A DNA stretch of 64,000 nt from a virus (Duplodnaviria; Caudoviricetes), in the IMG/VR virus record IMGVR_UViG_3300026546_000001, positions 1-64,000 of that record. One strand, 5' to 3'. Below the pieces are notes generated by a model. It did no database searches. It was not told where the DNA came from and worked only from the letters and a program-made list of their open reading frames with translations. Made by a program: the position numbers and the translations under genes. Positions 59,695 through 64,000 of the stretch are shown here, one piece after another; position 1 is the first letter of the stretch; every line of letters begins with the position of its first letter.

Positions 59695-60682
59695 TTATTC
59701 AAAATCAGATATAAATTTTATACTTTATAATAATCGAAGTATTAATGGAACTGTTAAAAATTTTCTAAATGAATTTAATTTTAATGGATTATATATTACT
59801 GCATTAGATGATATGCTAAGTAAGTATAAAAAAAAATGGAAAAAATGGAAAACTACTATAATAGAAACAACAAATTTAAATTTAAAATCTAATGATATAA
59901 TAGTAACTCCAAATGATATTAAAAAATTAACACCAAACATATTAAAATCTAATACTGAATTATTAAACAATTTAAAATATAATTTTGAATTAAATTGGAT
60001 ATTAAATAGAGGATTTACAATAGATATTATCAAAAAATGGCAATTAGGAAGTTTACAATATTTACTTGGTACATGCTCTAAACGAGAATTAGAAATATTA
60101 GGTATAACAACACATCCATTACTAACAAATTTACTAAATACTGATATAAGTGGAGGAGGAATTGTTATACCATATTTTAAAAATAACAAATTATTAAATT
60201 GTACAGTAAGACGTATATCAGATACAGGAAAATTAAAATATACACAAGCAATTCCTGATATTTCAATATATGGTTTATGTAAATGTAAAAATTATAATAC
60301 AATTTATATTACTGAAGGTATATTTGATGCTATTGCGTTACATAAACAAGGTAAGTGTGCTGTAAGTGTTAGTAGTGCAGTATGGAGTAGCTTAGAATTA
60401 TATCAATTATTAGAAACAGATGTTAAAAACATTATAATTTTTTCAGATAATGATAAAGTCGGTTTGTCAAGCGCTGCAATATTATATGATTTATTATCAT
60501 TTTTTGATATAAATATATCAGTTATAACAAGTAATAAATGTAAAGATGCATGTGATCATTTTCTAACAAATAATTACACATTTAATGATATTTCTGAAAT
60601 TAAAATAACTGATAATTTAATAAATTCTAAGGAAGAAGTTAAATTTGACTTAGTTGAATATCTTCAAAATAGACAATTTTAA
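59684..60682 (+). CDS. DnaG-like TOPRIM protein (primase catalytic core without evident zinc-binding domain)
   Basis: LNRGFTIDIIKKWQLG, GIVIPYF, KY, IYITEGIFDAIAL, IIIFSDNDKVG, KDACD. Confidence 0.8.
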   Translation: MMSNYSKSDINFILYNNRSINGTVKNFLNEFNFNGLYITALDDMLSKYKKKWKKWKTTIIETTNLNLKSNDIIVTPNDIKKLTPNILKSNTELLNNLKYNFELNWILNRGFTIDIIKKWQLGSLQYLLGTCSKRELEILGITTHPLLTNLLNTDISGGGIVIPYFKNNKLLNCTVRRISDTGKLKYTQAIPDISIYGLCKCKNYNTIYITEGIFDAIALHKQGKCAVSVSSAVWSSLELYQLLETDVKNIIIFSDNDKVGLSSAAILYDLLSFFDINISVITSNKCKDACDHFLTNNYTFNDISEIKITDNLINSKEEVKFDLVEYLQNRQF

Positions 60683-60978
60683 ATAAAATATTATTATATT
60701 AAATTAAAATAAAAAGTTTAATTCACAAAATTCAAGCTATTTTAAAAATTAAATAGAAAAACATATTTATAATGTATTAAAATGAAAAGTTTAATTTTAA
60801 ATGTTAAAATATGTTAAAATATGCTCTATAACATTTTTTGCTCCAGAAAAATATACAAGATTATGATATATATTATTATTAATTTTGTGGGTATCTTAAT
60901 TTTTTTTGTTTTTTTTTTAATTTTTTTGAACTTTTAAAGAATTTTTGTTAAATTTTAAAAGAATTTATTAATTTTAAA

Positions 60979-62151
60979 GTGAATATGAAAAAAAAATATA
61001 TTTTGCAATTTTATCCAGAAAAATATGATTACTTAACACATGTAAAAAAAATAGAATATAATGGTAAATATTTAAAAACAGCATATTTAATTGATTTAAT
61101 ACATTATTTTATATCAAAATCATTTTTATTTGGAAAAAAAGAATTTAATTTGTGGAGTCCATTATTACAAAAAAAATATGGAATGAATTACAAATTATAT
61201 TTAAAATGGTTAATGGATGAAAATATTATTGAAGTATCGTCAAAATGGTTTGCCGGAAAAAAAGCTATAACTTATAAAATGTTATTAGATTTTAATAATG
61301 AAACAATAAAACGTTATAAAAATTATGATCCATTTTTACTTAAAAAATTAAAAAATAGAATAATACTTGAAAAATATAATGGTGTTGACGAAAAACTTTT
61401 AAAATTACGAGAAAAAATAATAGAAGATTTATTTCATGTTAATTTAGATTATGATAATGCAATTAAAAAATTAAGTAATGAATATGAAATTAGTTTAATT
61501 GATAAAATGAGTTATGATAAAAATTATATGACATTAGAATCAATAAAACATCGACAAATATATTGGAATTTTGATAAATTTGGCAGATTACATACAAATT
61601 TTACAATACTTAAAAAAAATATTAGAAATAATTATTTAACCATTGATAATCAAAAAATAAAAGAAGTTGATATTCCTAATTCACAACCGTATTTTTTATC
61701 ATTATTGTTAAATGATATTTTAAGTGATGAAGATAAACAAACAAATGAATATAATGAATTTATATTAAGAATAAAAAATTCAACATTTTACGAATCATTT
61801 GATTATTTAGATGTACCTCGTAAAGAAAAAAAAGAATTAGTATATAAAGTATTTTTTGATGTAAATAATATGAATGAAAAACGTAATAGAATATTTCGTA
61901 ATCGATGGCCATTATTATGGAAATGGATTAAAAAATGGAAAGAATCACAAAATAATTATGCTGCATTAGCCTGGGAATTACAGCGTCGTGAAAGTAATTT
62001 AATTTTTAATAATATTTGTAATGATATAAAAGAAGAACATCCTTATATTAAAATATTTACTGTTCATGATTCAGTATTTTATCCAGCTAAATATGATACA
62101 ATTGTTAAAAAAATATTTAATAATTATTTACCACACCTAAATTTAGTGTAA
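60979..62151 (+). CDS. Compact protein with family A polymerase / single-subunit RNAP-like palm motifs
   Basis: DKFGRLHT, EVDIPNSQP (motif A-like Asp), LQRRES, FTVHDSV (motif C-like HD). Probable start is ATG 60985. Confidence 0.6.
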   Translation: MNMKKKYILQFYPEKYDYLTHVKKIEYNGKYLKTAYLIDLIHYFISKSFLFGKKEFNLWSPLLQKKYGMNYKLYLKWLMDENIIEVSSKWFAGKKAITYKMLLDFNNETIKRYKNYDPFLLKKLKNRIILEKYNGVDEKLLKLREKIIEDLFHVNLDYDNAIKKLSNEYEISLIDKMSYDKNYMTLESIKHRQIYWNFDKFGRLHTNFTILKKNIRNNYLTIDNQKIKEVDIPNSQPYFLSLLLNDILSDEDKQTNEYNEFILRIKNSTFYESFDYLDVPRKEKKELVYKVFFDVNNMNEKRNRIFRNRWPLLWKWIKKWKESQNNYAALAWELQRRESNLIFNNICNDIKEEHPYIKIFTVHDSVFYPAKYDTIVKKIFNNYLPHLNLV

Positions 62152-62456
62152 TGGCATCATTAGAATTTAAAATAAGAGAATTAACTGTAATACATAAATT
62201 AACGCAGAATGTAAAAGGATTATACATTCATCATGTATTTACAACAGAAGAAAATACTTTATATTTTATATTTCAACATCATATTGTATTATATATTAAT
62301 ATTTATATTAATTATTTTTTTAATGATAATAATGAAGAATATTATATTAATATTTTTGACAAACGCGAATTTATTACTACATATACAACATATGATGCTA
62401 ATTCAGTAATAGAATTTTTAAATGATTTTTTTAATGAACATTATTTAAATATATAA
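62151..62456 (+). CDS. Hypothetical protein
   Basis: ORF track; TAATG overlap. Confidence 0.65.
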   Translation: MASLEFKIRELTVIHKLTQNVKGLYIHHVFTTEENTLYFIFQHHIVLYINIYINYFFNDNNEEYYINIFDKREFITTYTTYDANSVIEFLNDFFNEHYLNI

Positions 62457-62473
62457 TAAAATGATTTTTTTAT

Positions 62474-63589
62474 ATGTTAAAACATATTTCTAATTTTAAT
62501 AAATTTAAAAATAAAATATTTGAACAAATTAATATAAATCATATTTGTTATATACCATTGGAATTATTTAAAAATGAATTTATAAAAGAATATAATATAC
62601 AATTAGATAATTTAGAAGAAGAATATCCTGAACCAGATGAAACTGATAAAACTAAATTATCATTTAAAGATACATTTTATCCAGATTTAGATACTTTAGA
62701 AAATAAGTTGTATTTTGAAAAAGATGATAATAATAATATTATTATTGAATATTCACATATTGTAAATTTTAATAATTATAGATTAATTATATTTGTAAAA
62801 TTTATATTTAATTGTAAATTAAAAACATTCACATTGAATTTTAATTATAAAATATATGATATCATAAATAATAAATATTATGATGAAGAAACTAGAACTA
62901 TCACATTAATTAAAAATACAAGTGATTTTAAAAAATTAGTTGATGCATTTATATATGGTTCATTATATGTTGGTGATATAACAAGTGATAAGTGGATAAA
63001 AAAATATAAACGAAGTACTATGAAATATTTAAAAGAATATTATGAATTTAATAAATTAGATATGCCAATAAATTCAAACTTTATATCATATGAAAATTAT
63101 AAAAATTATTTAGATAATGAAGAAGTATTTGAATTAGTAAATCAACTAAATAATTTATATTGGGAAATGGAACAAGAAGCAATTGATGATGAAACTGCAA
63201 ATGAATACGCAGAAGAAATAGAACAATTGGAAAATGAATTATATGAAACTATTAAAAAATTAAGAATTACTAATAAAATTAGTGAAATAGAACAAGCAGA
63301 TAATGCAATTATCAATGATTTTAAACAAAATTTAGAAAATATAATTGATAATTATTCAATTGAATCAACATCAATTGAAAATGGTAATGTTGTAATATTA
63401 TTAAATATTAATGACGAAGAATATGAAATTAATATAGATTCAGATGGTAATGCATTTTTACATGATGCAGAATATATAGTACCAATAGGTAATATTTACG
63501 AATATAATGTAGGTAAAATATTAAAAAATATCATTAGTTTATATGGTGTAGAATATATAAACTACTTAAAAAATAATAGTATACAATGA
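62474..63589 (+). CDS. Acidic hypothetical protein, possibly two fused capsid-targeting-motif genes
   Basis: N-terminal MLKHISNFNKF..IFE and internal MKYLKEYYEF (ATG 63020). Confidence 0.65.
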   Translation: MLKHISNFNKFKNKIFEQININHICYIPLELFKNEFIKEYNIQLDNLEEEYPEPDETDKTKLSFKDTFYPDLDTLENKLYFEKDDNNNIIIEYSHIVNFNNYRLIIFVKFIFNCKLKTFTLNFNYKIYDIINNKYYDEETRTITLIKNTSDFKKLVDAFIYGSLYVGDITSDKWIKKYKRSTMKYLKEYYEFNKLDMPINSNFISYENYKNYLDNEEVFELVNQLNNLYWEMEQEAIDDETANEYAEEIEQLENELYETIKKLRITNKISEIEQADNAIINDFKQNLENIIDNYSIESTSIENGNVVILLNINDEEYEINIDSDGNAFLHDAEYIVPIGNIYEYNVGKILKNIISLYGVEYINYLKNNSIQ

Positions 63590-63879
63590 AACATGTAGTT
63601 GATTATGCTGATTTTTCTTCAATAGATTCACCAAATGGTAAAGAAGCAAAAAAATTAAATAATCCATATAATTGGTCTGCAGTACCAGATGAAAATAGAT
63701 ATGACATTCCACATTATCCTGATAAAGAAACTTTTCAAATAGAAATTGGTGATCCTGATCCAATTACAAAATTTAGAAAATGGAATAAAAATTACTGGGA
63801 AACTGAATACTACAAAAAGAAAAGAGAAAAACGACAACAAAAAGGAGAAACTGATAACAACGCAAGAGTTGAACCATAA
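63586..63879 (+). CDS. Hypothetical protein with capsid-targeting-like N-terminus
   Basis: MKHVVDYADF; ATGA overlap. Confidence 0.65.
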   Translation: MKHVVDYADFSSIDSPNGKEAKKLNNPYNWSAVPDENRYDIPHYPDKETFQIEIGDPDPITKFRKWNKNYWETEYYKKKREKRQQKGETDNNARVEP

Positions 63880-63910
63880 AAAAAGAGATGAATTTTTTTC
63901 ATCTCTTTTT
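63880..63910. terminator. Bidirectional intrinsic terminator
   Basis: AAAAAGAGATG...CATCTCTTTTT between convergent genes. Confidence 0.8.
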
Positions 63911-63928
63911 ATTTTTTTTAATATATTT

Positions 63929-64000
63929 TTACATACTAGAAACAGCAACATCATCACCTTCAGTTGCAGCCATTTCCATATTGATTGGCACTGGTGCTTC
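63929..64000 (-). CDS. 3' end of a CDS entering from the right edge
   Basis: Reads EAPVPINMEMAATEGDDVAVSSM* on the minus strand and ends just before the terminator. Confidence 0.7.
   Translation of the reverse strand, partial: EAPVPINMEMAATEGDDVAVSSM

Noticed and set aside
2519-63957. Short overlapping or antisense ORFs in the track (2519, 5774, 12155, 13542, 13867, 16814, 19175, 20314, 28810, 31426, 32419, 35778, 41261, 41868, 42324, 44243, 46851, 52489, 56494, 59725, 63566, 63655)
   Set aside because: All lie largely within better-supported coding frames and have no recognisable motifs.
1-64000. Genome-wide stop-codon reassignment explaining the TAA at 44114
   Set aside because: TAA ends most genes, TGA is used in ATGA overlaps, TAG ends 1044-1469, and conserved enzymes are full length in the standard code.

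Overview
Very AT-rich (about 20-25% GC by eye), densely coding 64 kb segment of a T4-like jumbo myophage genome in the standard genetic code. The host is most likely Bacteroidota: TAnnTTTG promoter elements, no Shine-Dalgarno motifs, BACON domains, and Bacteroidota-style rhomboid, lipoprotein and tmRNA tag. It has T4-type core genes (gp5-like baseplate hub, UvsW, UvsY-like, UvsX, gp42 dCMP hydroxymethylase, dCMP deaminase, both topoisomerase II subunits, and the C-terminal half of a split family B DNA polymerase). It also has three very large virion or baseplate proteins and many host-like accessory genes (PhoH, GMP reductase, YqgE, RNase HII, NusG, RNase R, rhomboid, macrodomain, NADAR). Signals not shown in the ORF track: (1) a tmRNA gene (49536-49881, minus strand, tag GKETFAFAA) inside a co-oriented cluster with RNase R, rhomboid, macrodomain and NADAR, which may be a damage-reversal or counter-defence cassette; (2) a virion gene whose five BACON domains continue in frame behind a single TAA (readthrough candidate); (3) a mini-intein in the catalytic loop of GMP reductase; (4) about ten unrelated proteins sharing a T4 capsid-targeting-like N-terminal peptide; (5) three promoter-like motif classes that sort by gene function; (6) an in-phase A-AAA-AAG -1 frameshift candidate. 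All protein calls come from motif recognition by eye; no database searches were run.
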